A stretch of 248,000 bases of DNA from Wallemia ichthyophaga EXF-994 (lineage: Eukaryota > Fungi > Basidiomycota), in the NCBI RefSeq assembly GCF_000400465.1, contig NW_008806280.1:20001-268000 (forward strand). Reading direction: 5' to 3'. Positions 1-14,059 of the stretch are shown here, in pieces. How positions within the stretch are numbered: the stretch's first letter is position 1; every line of letters starts with the position of its first letter. The position numbers and the translations under genes are program-made. Below the pieces are notes generated by a model. It was not told where the DNA came from, made no database searches, and was given only the letters and a program-made list of their open reading frames with translations.

Positions 1-1055
1 GATGGTAACTACGCGAAACCAGTCAAAGGAGAAGCATTCTCGATAGGGATCGGGGAGCGTATAGGAGTGGCTTTCCGTCTGCACACGCCAGGCGAGTACA
101 CGCTGCGCATCTCAGCCTACAACGAGCCGCAGGTGAGTGTGATAACAGCACCATCAGCAACTACTAACCCAGTTGCACAGGTAATCGGTCAATTCGCCAT
201 CATAAGGTATGGATTGGCTGATGATGATGATAGGGTGGAATACAGTGACCCGGCTTCGGAAAATGATCCAGGGATGCCGTCCATACCACTGTCGGAACCA
301 TTTATCAACTACGCTGGTCAGCCTGTATCGGGTGATATACGAGTTCTGAATGATTCACTCATCTCATTGAAACAGTTTGCTCCCCCACTTATCCCCAAGC
401 GCGGGGAAGCGGCGGATGTGACGTTGCATTACTCACTCAGTAACGCCAACTTCCTCAAATGGTCCATGAGCGAGTGGGGCACTGTGGAGTACTATGCCGC
501 CAGCAACGAGCTCAATAAGCCACCGGTACTGTATGATTTCGAGCAATACATCGGTGATGAGTCTATAGCGTCGTATCCGAATGGCAGTGTGGTTGATGTA
601 ATAATCACAAATGGTGCAGATTATGGCGATAGACAACCTGCGCACCCTATCCACAAGCATTTCGAACATTATCACGTCCTCGCGGCTGGAACAGGTAATT
701 TCAGTTACTGGGATGTAGTTGAAGCTGAGGATAATGGAGTGCAAGTTAACTGGCTCGATCCACCTTATAGAGACACTGTGCTGATTCCAGAAAGTACAAT
801 TGATGAGGGCAGCTATCTCATCTTTAGATACGAGAGCGTGCAACCTACAGCGTGAGTTCGGGTGTAGGATGTGATCAATATTTTTAACTAAACAATAGCG
901 CACTGTTGCACTGCCATGTTAACATGCACAATATTGGTGGTATGGCTTATGTACTCATCGCTACAGATGAGGGCGGCACACCTGCAATGCCTGAGTACTA
1001 CAGCGTCAAGGCGCTTAATAAAGATCTCAACACGGTGAATAGCGAGCTGTCGTAA
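1..1055 (+). CDS. Multicopper oxidase (laccase-like), 3' part; 5' end outside window
   Basis: HPIHKH and RDTV motifs; after intron 852-898 the last exon encodes LHCHVNMHNIGGM (type-1 Cu motif). Confidence 0.85.
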
Positions 1056-1909
1056 GGTTTTGACAATTGTAATAAAATCCATTTGAAAATGAAAAGAATC
1101 AAATGCTATTGTCAATGCCAAAGACATGCATATAGGAAATGTCTCAATTTACATCGATTTTTGCAGAAATAACGAGAATGCAATAATGATGCGAAAGCGC
1201 TTAGATATACTGATATTAGACAGCTTTAGCAATGAAAATGATTACCACAAGGTTCAATCACCGTTCGCAACTGAATCACAACTGAATCATCATTCATAAA
1301 TCTCAACTTGTGAATACAAAAACGGCGTAATAAATTAATAATAAAGCACAGTCACACTTCACGCTTACAATTTAACCTCAGCCGCTCTCTGCAATTTATA
1401 ACCGATGCGACTGCGGGACGCCGAACGGCCAATGGGAAAAACAAACGGGCATTAAAAATGCGAATGTATTGTACATGTGTCACAGCAGCCGAGAAATATC
1501 GTTTTAAAAGATAAGATAAATGATTTTATACAACTATGTAAACAAGTCAAAAACAAAGGCTATTAAACAAAAGAGATTAAACATAGAAGACAAGAATGGT
1601 AGTATAAGAATCCCTAAAGCTTTGATTCTTTGGTGTGATTATGTTGAGCTGTAGTAGAGTATCGTGTTTGATGTATCGAGTCTTGTGTTTTGTTATCCAA
1701 AATAATGTACAGATTATCTGTCTACCAAGAATGAAGGAAAGAAAGACGAGAATAGGGAAATAAAAGATACGGAGAAGGCTTTCGCTATAACGTTGGATTC
1801 TGTATATCTTTAGAATGACTAGAAATGTGTAAGAAAATCGCGATGAGTCATTTTGATCCTTGTTGTTGAGGGTGAGAGTGTGTTGGCCTCATCAATTCAA
1901 TCCGTGCAC

Positions 1910-3493
1910 CTAGCAATGAACGTAGCTGTCTACCTCATTTGCCTCTTTAGGATCGAGTGTGTAATCAACAAAGTCAGTGATAGCGCTATGGCCAAAGTCG
2001 TGCGTATGGGGATGAGTATGAGCGTTGACTAAGTTATTACCATGTGAACCACTTCCAACACCGACACTAAAGTCATTGCTGTTGCTAAAATCGTTACCAT
2101 TTTGAGCGCCTCCACTGACACCGAAATCTTCGAAAGTGTGGATGAAATCGGATGCGCATGATGATCTTCTAACTTGATCATTGTAGCCGCTATACATATC
2201 ATACGGTACCATACCACCATAAGTCGTTGTTGCGCTTGTAGATACCTCAGAGTCCCTCCTGCAGTTATCGAACAAGCTGCTGTTATCGAAGTTACTCGAC
2301 ATAACAGATTGTCGACGATCGGCATCAGATTGATCGTCAAAGTAGGAAGAAGATTCTCTCCAGAAAGTGTCTGAAGTCGCTAGAGCATGGGAGAGAGAAT
2401 TTGAAGAAGATGATTGAAAAATATTGTGCTGTTGCTGATTTTCCATTTGTGATGGAGTCGTGTTGGTCGTTGGACTGGAAGGGTCGCTCGAGTTAAGTTG
2501 AGCGTCTGCAGTGTGGAGTACTAATCCATGCGTAGAAAGAGGTGCTTCTGTAGGTGAAAGGGGGAATGGCGAGTTTGGAGATTCTTCTGTGCAAGTTGGG
2601 AGTTTAGACTTGGATGCAGATTGACGTAGTGACTGATTTGAGCGACGTGTTTGGAAATTTGGAAGTGATGCTCGCCTGACGGGGCCGATGTTGCCGGGAT
2701 TTGTAAGAGCGGAGAGGGAATAGCCGAGGGAGTGAGACTGAGGGATAGACAAACCTAAGCCGTTTGTAGGCGCGTGGGTTGGCTGTACAGGTTGTGTTAT
2801 GGGAGCAGATCCCCTTCTAAACTGCGTATTGTTAGGGTTACTGAGTGGATCCAAGTTAAAGTGAGTATCAAAGAATGGATTAGATATCAGGCTTGTTGGC
2901 GATAGACTTGTAGATGGCGGTATTAAGCTTGAGGATGCAGGACTTGGAAGGGGCGATGGATAGAGAAGATTTTGACTTGGCTGAGGGTCAATTTGAAGGG
3001 AATTGTTGGTTGGTGCGGGCGTTAGCGTTGGTGCAGGTGTAGAATCACTGTCACTGTGTGCCTGTGCCTGTTGCTGCTGTGGCTGTGGTTGTACCTCGAA
3101 ATCGTCATTGACCTGCTTCTTGGCCTGGGCTTTGGCCTTTGCCCTTCTATTCTGAAACCAGATCTGAACGCCCCTTGGAGTCATTTCAAGTTGCTCTGCC
3201 AAGGATTTCCTAATTAAGGCTGCTGGCTTTGGATTCGTCTGGTAAGTTTCCTCGAGGACCTGGGGGTTATTTTAGCAGAGAATTTCACAGCCACAGAGCC
3301 AGCTATCACGTACATTAAACTGATGCTTCGACGTCCTCTTCCTGTGCTTAACCTCGAATGGCTGATATTGGAGCAATTGCGTCTGTAGCTGCTGCTGCGA
3401 GGGCTTGCTATCGCTATCGTCCTGGCCCACAGCATGCTGAGTTGCCTGATAGCTACTTGGGTGGAATAACTGTACTGGCTTATAATTCATCAT
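1910..3493 (-). CDS. Homeodomain transcription factor
   Basis: Spliced KHRKRTS...LAEQLEMTPRGVQIWFQNRRAK, followed by a long S/P-rich tail with several RRxS motifs. Confidence 0.85.
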
Positions 3494-3710
3494 TCTATCT
3501 CTGGTCACTCTTCACCGATTTCAGTAAACCCGATTCGATACTGAAATTCCGGTAAGAAAAATTAAATAAAATATAAAAAGCTTTTTGGTTATTTGGTTTA
3601 GCTTACATGAATTTATAAACCCCAATTAGTCCCTTAACACTCTCAGTTCACTCCCCCCACACACCTTCCTAATTCATTTCATTTTCCTACAAGAAAATCT
3701 TCATCCAGCT

Positions 3711-5167
<1,457 letters not shown>

Positions 5168-5172
5168 CGTCA

Positions 5173-5820
5173 ATGTTCACCGAGGAAATAAAAACACTTA
5201 AGAGACTCGGTTTCAGGCATTGCTTGTTGCAGGCCTTATCCTTTGCCAGTGTGATATGTACCGCACTCGCCGTTTACAAAGGATTAGGCGTGGTGATGAA
5301 CACCGAGTCACCGATCGTTGTAGTCTTATCGTAGGCGGCGTATCTAGCAGCGTGATACAACCTCTCACTCCTCTCCTCCAGCGAATCCATGGAACCTGCC
5401 TTCGCGCGTGGCGATATCCTCTTCTTATACCATCCACCCGTGCAGCAGCCCATCGATATTGGAGAAATTACCGTCTACAAGCTACCAAACACTGACATAC
5501 CAATCGTGCACAGAGTCATCGATCATCATTTGGATGTGGGGCTTGAGACAGAGAAAATTCTCACCAAAGGCGATAATAACCCCGGAGACGATATCGTGTT
5601 GTATCGCGGACCCAAATGGCTCAGAAGAGATCAGATTGTGGGCAAGGTTATAGGTTATATTCCTTATGCGGGCTATATCACGATATTGATGGTATGTGCT
5701 TTGTTTGAGGTGATGGCAGTGACACTAACACTAACACACACATCCCAGAATGACCATCCTAATATTAAATACGCTGGTATTGCGCTTATGGCCGCTTTTG
5801 TCATGTTAAAGAGGGAGTAG
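5173..5820 (+). CDS. SEC11: Signal peptidase complex catalytic subunit
   Basis: [27 protein letters not shown]. Confidence 0.93.
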
Positions 5821-6043
5821 CTGTTTATTTATGCATGTATTTCATTCGAGTTAGGTGCAGAATGCATGAGGAATGTTGGGTGCCATGTACCAGGTATTAT
5901 AAACCATATCCACACAGCCTATGCAATAAACACTTTGCATACGTCACAAAACCCACGTTCAGCAGGCTGCAGCACGTGCGTCTGACTCGCTAAACCACTT
6001 GCGCACGTATTGATACACACGACAACCAACGCAACGCACAAGA

Positions 6044-7138
6044 ATGCAGCAAAAGAATCCATTACGACACACGCTATTCGCAGTCAGCGCACTCATGGTC
6101 GCGCTAACCGCGAGTCCTGTGCGCCCACCTCTAGATATACAAGCGCATCGCGGAGGACGTGGGAGTACAGTGGAGAACACACTTCCCAGCTTCGCATATG
6201 GCGCCATCAGCGGAGCCAACACGCTCGAGCTAGATTTCGGAGTGACAAAGGATGGATATGGGGTGGTGTGGCATGACGAGTATGTGATGCCGTCGAAATG
6301 TCTCGATACAGCGCCTGTCGTTGAGGAAGATTCCATGTGGCCATACGTAGGGAAACACATTGCGAATCTCACTCTCGCACAGATCAAGACACTCGATTGC
6401 GGTAGTCTGCGTCAGAGCGACTTTCCAATACAGGAGACTTACCCTGGCACTAAACTGTCTACTCTAGACGAACTGTTTGAGTTTGTTGCGTGTTTTGATA
6501 AGTCGGGCGACATTCAATTTAACGTTGAAACAAAGATCAACGCTGCACGAACCAACTCCACAAGAGATCCCCTTACTTTTGTTGAGGTGCTCTTGGATAG
6601 CATCGATAAGCACCATCTAGGCACGCGCATCACCCACCAAAGCTTCGATTGGCGGGCTTTGCAGATATCGAAGCATCTCAGACCACATCTCAAGACTAGC
6701 GCACTGTATGACGTAACAACAGCAACAAACAATTCAGCGTGGCTGGGTGATGGGGATATTACAGGTATAGAAGATTACAACGGACTTCCCCCTGCCACTG
6801 CAGCTGCTTTGATAGCAAGGGAAATAGACTCAGATATGATATCACCTGCGGAAATAACCACCAACAGCTCATCGACGCTGTCCTCACCGGAGTATCACCC
6901 ATTCCTCACAGAGGAGGTCGTTCATGTGGCACACGACTTGGATATGCTCGTCAAGCCATGGACGGTGGATACACTCAATGTCGTAGACGAGATGTATGGC
7001 TGGGGCGTTGATGGGATTATAACCGACTGGCCACATCAACTTGTCAGATGGGCTGAGCTGAACAAACTCAACACTGCACGCAAGTTTGATCATCATGTTG
7101 TAAACCAGTGTCTCGCGGAACACAACCAGCTTGTATAA
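6044..7138 (+). CDS. Glycerophosphodiester phosphodiesterase (GDPD), secreted
   Basis: Signal-like N-terminus; QAHRGG...ENTLPSF, LELD, GVDGIITD. Confidence 0.9.
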   Translation: MQQKNPLRHTLFAVSALMVALTASPVRPPLDIQAHRGGRGSTVENTLPSFAYGAISGANTLELDFGVTKDGYGVVWHDEYVMPSKCLDTAPVVEEDSMWPYVGKHIANLTLAQIKTLDCGSLRQSDFPIQETYPGTKLSTLDELFEFVACFDKSGDIQFNVETKINAARTNSTRDPLTFVEVLLDSIDKHHLGTRITHQSFDWRALQISKHLRPHLKTSALYDVTTATNNSAWLGDGDITGIEDYNGLPPATAAALIAREIDSDMISPAEITTNSSSTLSSPEYHPFLTEEVVHVAHDLDMLVKPWTVDTLNVVDEMYGWGVDGIITDWPHQLVRWAELNKLNTARKFDHHVVNQCLAEHNQLV

Positions 7139-7208
7139 GTATCTAATCTAGTTATTTTGCTATTGGGAATATCTATACTTTGAGTGTCGCTTTGTCACTG
7201 TTGTCACT

Positions 7209-8616
7209 CTAACTCACCTCCTCCACTTGCCTCCGTCTCACTCTCTCGCCAAGTGTCCGTTTGAGCTTATCCAAATTAACCTCATGTTTCGCTGAAATAG
7301 GTATGATGGTAGTAGACGGATCGAGAGTGCCGCCCTCGATTAAACACTGCACACCATCTGTAAACTGCGAGAGACGGTGTTTGGCTTGTGCATTCTGCTG
7401 CTCATCACCACCCAGTAAATCAGCCTTGTTTGCGACAATCACCGTCCCAGCCCTGGCCAGACCGCTTTTGTACTCGTTCAGTTCGTGTATCAGGGTGTGC
7501 AAGTGTGTGAGGGGGTGAAGTGAGGAAAGATCGACAACAAACACGAGCACGAGAGCGCGCTCGACACTGCGCAGGAAAGTGTGTCCGAGGCCCTTGTTGA
7601 GCGCCGCATCAGCAATCAGGCCGGGGTTATCGAGGATAGTGAATCTGTGCGAGGGTGTGAGTGCATCTTTAGCGCCCTCACCTTCACCCTCACCGTCAGC
7701 ACCGACGACACCAATCTCAGGCTTGAGCGTCGTGAAGGCGTAGTTGGCGACTTTGGTCTTGGAGCTGGTGATAGCAGCGAGGATGCTGCTCTTGCCTGCA
7801 TTCGGCAGTCCCACCAGTCCGACATGAGCGAGAAGCTTCATTTCGAGACTCAGCTTGACATGTCCACCCGGCTGGCCTTTGCGGGCGAACTTGGGTGACC
7901 TGTGTTGATGGGTGACGAAAGCGGGGTTGCCGACACCGCCGAGACCACCTGAGACGATGAGATGAGGGGACTTATCATCGGATATATCCACTTCGAGTGC
8001 GTGCTCCTGCTCGTGCTGTGGGTTATAGCGTTTCAGCTGCAGATTTTCACTCCTACGCAATTCTTTGTCGGCGTCGAGGAAGAGAGGGTGGGTGGAATTA
8101 GCCTCCTCCATGCCTGGATAGTGTAGCCAAGCCCTGTCTCTACGCAATTGCGTGAGTGTGTCTTCGTCTTGGCTGCAGTTCCTGTCTTCGCGCGGCGGAG
8201 GCGCACACCGCCACAGCTCGCGGATAACGGTGCCTGGGGGGATATCGATGACTGTATCAGCCCCACGCTTGCCTAAACGGCCATCCCCGCTGCCTGATGC
8301 GCCGTTGGCAGCGCGGATCTTGGATGGGATCGTGTGGAGGCTGTTCAGTTTGGCGTTGGGGGAGAAAGTCACAGAGCCACCAGAACCACCTGAGCCACCG
8401 CTGTTGAGTGCGTTCAGCAGACACTCTCCACACCATCCAAACCACTCACGTCGGCGGCCCTAATCCCGTAGGCGTCTTGGTGAAGGCAACAGCGCCGTTG
8501 CCGCCAGCGCCCGCCTTAACGTCGACGACGTGGAAATCTTGGAATCTTTTATGACGTCGCTTGCCATCGACTCGCAGTCTTATCGCAGCTTCGTTGAGCG
8601 TCTTGCGTAGCGTCAT
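7209..8616 (-). CDS. MTG2: Mitochondrial Obg-family GTPase
   Basis: AGAGGNG, GGLGGVGN, VGLVGLPNAGKSS, ANYAFTTL, NKAD. Confidence 0.88.
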
Positions 8617-8644
8617 CGGCGATCGTTGCAAGTGAACGTTGAAG

Positions 8645-10645
8645 ATGAAGGAAACAAATAAAAATAAAATCCAGCAATTCTCACCAATCAGATTGCAGAT
8701 CTACAAAGAATTCTGGCACGCACTTTCTTCTTTCAAGCTCAACACCCAGCGGCTGGATGACGCACCGATACCAGTCCACGCAGGTTTCAACGCAGGCAGG
8801 GCGATCATCGATAACAACACCGGCGACGTCATTGATACCCCGGCATCCCTCCTCCTCGACGGTCTTGGCGGTGTCGACGGCGTCCCTCTCAGCTACGCGG
8901 CGCACGGCCACGTCCACAACATGAACACCATCGAGGATTTCAAGCGCTGCGATAAGACAGCTCTCTTCAACTCCACCCTTGACTCCATCAAGCTGGCCAA
9001 ATCCGTTGACGATTTGATCCGCTTCCTCCTCATCTCCTTCTCAGACATGAAAAAATTCACTTTTCACTACCTCGCAGCGACCCCTGCGGTGATTGATGGG
9101 GGTGCACCGTGGCTGGGGAGCATGGCTGGGTGCGATGCTGCTCTGGCACGCGAAATACAGAGTGTCCAGCCGGCAGGACAGTGGTGTTGGATTGTTCGCA
9201 GGGCAGATGACGGTGTGCTGAGTGGTGCATCTGTTGATGAGTGGGAGGTGTTCCATCGCGACACTCACTCACAGTCACACACTCACAACCACACTCCCAC
9301 CATCGCCTTCATCGACCCCTCCTCAGGCCACGCGCCCGGATGGCCACTGCGCAATCTCCTCTACTACATCTGCACACGCTTCGGTGCGCGCAAAGTTGAC
9401 GTCTTTGCCAGCAGAAACACACATTCTCTCTACGGCACGCTGACCACCGATGCACGCGCGTACGAGCAAGTAAGTGGGGTGGGATGGGAGAAAAACAGCT
9501 CCACGCATAAGATATCTCCACAGACAATCGACCTGAGTGCCTCACTCGATCCAACCAAACTCGCCGACCAGGCGGTAGAACTTAATCTCAAGTTGATGAA
9601 ATGGCGCATACTCCCCTCGCTCGATCTGGACGTGATCGGTGGGCAGCGCTGTTTGCTGCTGGGGGCGGGTACGCTTGGATGTTATGTCGCACGCGGGTTG
9701 ATGGCGTGGGGTGTGAGACACATCACCTTGGTTGACAGCGGCACAGTCAGCTATAGCAACCCTGTCAGGCAGCCGCTGTTCGAATTCGAGGACTGCGCAG
9801 AGGGCGGGAAGCCCAAGGCGGAGTGTGCGGCGGAGCGCTTACGTAGGATTTACCCAGGCGTACAGGCATGCGGTGTGCAGTTGAGCATTCCTATGCCAGG
9901 TCACCCCTTCCCAACCTCCAGCAAGGCGCGTGTGGAGAGCGAGGTTCACCGCCTTGATGCGCTCATCGATCAGCATGACTCCATATTTCTCCTCACTGAC
10001 TCCCGCGAGAGCAGATGGCTGCCAACTCTGTTAGGCAAGGCGCGCAACAAGGTGGGTTGGAATTGGAGCGTAGTTTGGAAAACACCCTAACACGCACCAC
10101 AGACGGTCATAAACGCCGCACTGGGATTCGACAGCTATCTCGTAATGCGTCATGGCACACCGGTCAACAAACTCGGTTGCTACTACTGTAACGATATAGT
10201 CGCACCAACAGACTCACTAAGTGATCGGACACTAGACCAGATGTGCACGGTCACCAGACCGGGTGTGGCGCCTATAGCTGCTGCTACTGCCGTCGAGATG
10301 CTGACATCACTCCTGCAACATCCACAGCAGAAGCATGTGGGGAGTACTCGTGCTGGTGGTGATCATGTGCACACCGATGAATCACTCCTCGGCGTTACTC
10401 CTCATCAAATTCGCGGCCAGCTCGGTCGGTTTGATAACGTGCAAATCACTGGCATGGCTTTCGACCGCTGCACGGCCTGCTCGGATGTCATCCAGGATGC
10501 ATACCACACCCAAGGGATGGAGATGATCAGCAGGGCTATCAACGATAGTGACTACCTCGTCAATATCAGTGGTCTGTCAGATTTATATAAAGCTTCAGAA
10601 GATGCAATCAAGGATATAACAATAGAGAGTGAGGATGAGTTTTGA
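8645..10645 (+). CDS. ATG7: Autophagy E1-like enzyme
   Basis: LNLKLMKWRILP, LLLGAGTLGC, LGCYYCND, DQMCTVTRPG. Confidence 0.95.
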
Positions 10646-10660
10646 TCAATCCACCCAAAA

Positions 10661-11231
10661 TCACTCCAATCTTAATATCAAGTGGACACCAGAATCAGTA
10701 TCGATGATGTCAGATAACTGTAAGACACCAATGTTAAACGAGGCATCTTCGAATGGTTTCTGCATCTGACCACGGCTGAATCTACCCAAGTCACCGCCTT
10801 TAGCGTGAGAGGAGCAGTCAGAGTGTTCGTGTGCGAGTTTCGAGAAGACGGCGGCGAGTTCATGAGCGTGGTACTGCGAGAGGGTTGATTGCAGCTCTCT
10901 CAGCTGAGCGAGGGCTTCTTCCTTTGAGCGAGTAATGTTAGCCTGTGGGTGGTGTTAGCGTGCGTGCTGCTGATACTTCCTACACTCTCACCTCCTTCCA
11001 GCTCGAAGGCCTTCTTGACTTGTTGTGCTTGATGAGAAGGTGCGACGCGCGTACTTTTTGTGGCGCTTCACCTGCGCCACCCGCACCACCCGCCAACAAC
11101 TCATATCCAGCCAGCGACTTGATTTCTTCCTGAGTTAGATTCCCCGGTGCCTCCCAGACGCTCTCCCTCGTCTCCGAATTAAAGAAATATGGCTGCTGGC
11201 GTGAGTTTGAGAATTTAATCGTCCACGTCAT
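10661..11231 (-). CDS. ESS1: WW-domain peptidyl-prolyl isomerase (Pin1)
   Basis: WW domain, ASHLLIKH..SRRPSSW; second exon GGDLGRFSRGQMQKPFE. Confidence 0.93.
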
Positions 11232-11321
11232 TTTGCAATGATGTCACGAGCCAAGGCAACTAGGCAACATTTGTTTCATTTAGGATAAAAAATTAAATTA
11301 TTACAAATTTCACTTATTCTC

Positions 11322-12660
11322 TTAGGACGTCATGTAAGTTGAGGCTTCAAGAGTCTCTGGGAGCTCTGGAATTGCAACCTCGAATCTGGACTGGATTGCT
11401 TTGAGTACATTGTCATCGTCCTCAGTAGAAACGAAAGTGATTGCTAGACCCTTTGTACCGAATCTACCTGCTCTACCTACTCTGTGAAGGTATGAGTCGG
11501 CATCTGTTGGTGTATCGTAGTTGACGACAATGTTTACTCTCTCAACATCGATACCTCTACCAAAGATATCAGTTGCAACCAAGATTCTAGACTCAAACTG
11601 CTTGAATTTGGTGTACCTCGCAATTCTCTCGTCTTGGCTCATTCTAGAGTGTATGCAAATTGATGGGAAGTTGCACTCTCTAAGTAATTTGTCTAGTTCG
11701 TTAGCTCTGAGTGTTGATTTAACAAAGATGACGACTTGGTTGAAGTCGAGGCTATCGAGGAGATCGTTCAGCTTGCGATTCTTTGTTGATTCAGATAACT
11801 TCACATAGTGCTGTTGTAAGCCGTGCAATGTAAGTTTAGTTTCATCGTCGACGTAGATTTCCAGTGGAGATTGCATGAATTTTTTGCAGACTGGTCTAAT
11901 TTCTTTCGAGAGGGTGGCACTAAACATCATGACCTGCTTGTGATGTGGTGTAGCTTTGAATATTTCCTGTACATCCCTTCTCATATCCAATTGATCGAGC
12001 ATTTTATCACACTCATCGAGAACAAAGTGTTTTATAGCCTTACCATTCAAGCTACCATCTCTAACTAAAGCGTTAATTCTACCAGGTGTACCAACGATAA
12101 CATGAGGACATTTTTCCTTGTTTTTGAGTATTTCTTGATCGGCTGCGACTGGAGTACCACCAAAGAAGACGGAGGTTCTGACGTTTGGCACGTACTTTGA
12201 GAATCTGCCGTACTCATTTTTGATTTGATAAGCGAGTTCTCTAGTGTGGCAGAGGACGATGACAGAGACTTCACCGTCAACTGGCTCCAATTGCTGCAAA
12301 GACGCCAAAACGAAGACAGCAGTCTTACCCATACCAGATTTTGCCTGGCATACAACATCCATACCGAGAATAGCCTGTGGAATACACTCTTGTTGAACTG
12401 GTTGTTGTGGCTGTGAGTTGAGTGGTTGCGTGACTTGACCAACTAACCTTCTGAAGGATGCTCAAAACCCAAATCTGAGATTGCTCGCAGCAATTCAGGC
12501 TTTAAGAGGAAATCTCTGAATCCAGTGGAGTGTATGCCAACGTAAGAGCCCTTCTTATCCTTTCCTTCTTCTGTAGGCTGCGCGGGTTGCTGCTCCTGCT
12601 GCTGCTGTGGTGCGACTTCCTCCTCCTCGTAATCAATAAGGTCTTCGTTATCAGCCCTGG
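11322..12660 (-). CDS. SUB2: DECD-box RNA helicase UAP56
   Basis: [25 protein letters not shown]. Confidence 0.95.
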
Positions 12661-12829
12661 AAAACGCGTATTAATATTCTCATTGCCCTATTTAACACCA
12701 ATTTATCTCACATTTTTTATTCACTCTGGGTGTATTCAACTAACACTCGATTCGGCGCATAGAAATTGAAAAATTATCTGAAAAGCGTGATTTATATTGA
12801 GTTTTTATATTTTCTTTTATTTTCTTATC

Positions 12830-13987
12830 TCACTTTCTAAGGCTGTCGTAATTCCTAACAAACCAATCCACGCTCTCCTCCAAAGCCTTTTCAAATGGGG
12901 TGAATTGAAAGTTACCGATGCACCTCATCAGCTTGTCGTTAGACGCAGGCTTCCTATACTGTCCATCTGGTTTGCTGGTGTCAAGGACATACTCTCCTTG
13001 GAATCCAACAGCCTTAACGACAGCATCAGCCACCTCTTTTATACTCACCTCCTCATTCTCCCCTACAGAGAGAATGACAGGTTCGATAGAATGATACTCG
13101 CGCAGCTGCCATATGAATAGCCTAGCGAGATCCAACGAGTAGATAAACTGCCGTAACGGCTTACCCGAACCCATCACCACGAATGGCTTCTTCTCCTTGT
13201 TTGCGAGGTAGCACTTGTGTATCAGGGCGGGTATAACGTGCGCGTATTCCAAGCTGTAGTTGTCATTAGGACCAAAGATATTCGTTGGAATTGCCGATGT
13301 GAACTGATTACCGAACTGGTCGTTGTACGCGTGGTTCTGTACATCTATCATACGCTTACCATATGCATAACCAAAGTTAGATGAATGTGGTGGTCCTAGG
13401 TGCACGCTCTCCTCGCGCAGCGGATAGGATACTTGGTCAGGGAAGACGCAAGTGGACAGGCAAGATATAAGTTTGTGTACCTGTGAAGGCTATGTTGAGA
13501 CTTGTAGTTGTATATGTGCTGCAAGCCACCCACCTTAAATTCATGGCTCAAGTGGAGGACATTGTCGTTAATGAGCATGTTCTCGCGCAGGAAGTCTAAC
13601 TGTGAGCGTGCGTAAGTGTGATTTACACCGCCCCATACAATATCGTACCTTGTATTTCATGTTGGCGAACAGTCCACCGACTTTCGCAGCGAGGTGTATG
13701 ACGTGCGTCGGGGAGTATTTAGCGAATACCGCACGCGCTTCTGCGTAGTTGCTAAGTGTTCATCACGTGCGCCGTAAGCACTGTTCAGGTCATTCAACCC
13801 ACACTCACCGCAGATCGCCATCAGTCGATTTGAGGAAGACCCAGGATTCGTTCGGCTGTCTCCCAAATCTACTTCCAATAGCCTCCTCATTGATCACTTT
13901 GTTTATTGCACTCCCAACTAATCCTGTTCCACCCGTAACGAGTACGACAGATGTGTTCTCTTGGCCGCTGCTACTGCTGTTGGTCAT
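12830..13987 (-). CDS. GDP-L-fucose synthase
   Basis: [36 protein letters not shown]. Confidence 0.92.
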
Positions 13988-14059
13988 TTCGGTCTAAGGA
14001 ATAAGGAATAAATATTCATCGTGCTTATAATCATATTTATTACGTTGATTGATTACGTT

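Noticed and set aside
1910-3493. Homeodomain gene as a MAT HD locus
   Set aside because: No divergent HD1/HD2 partner, pheromone or STE3 gene nearby.
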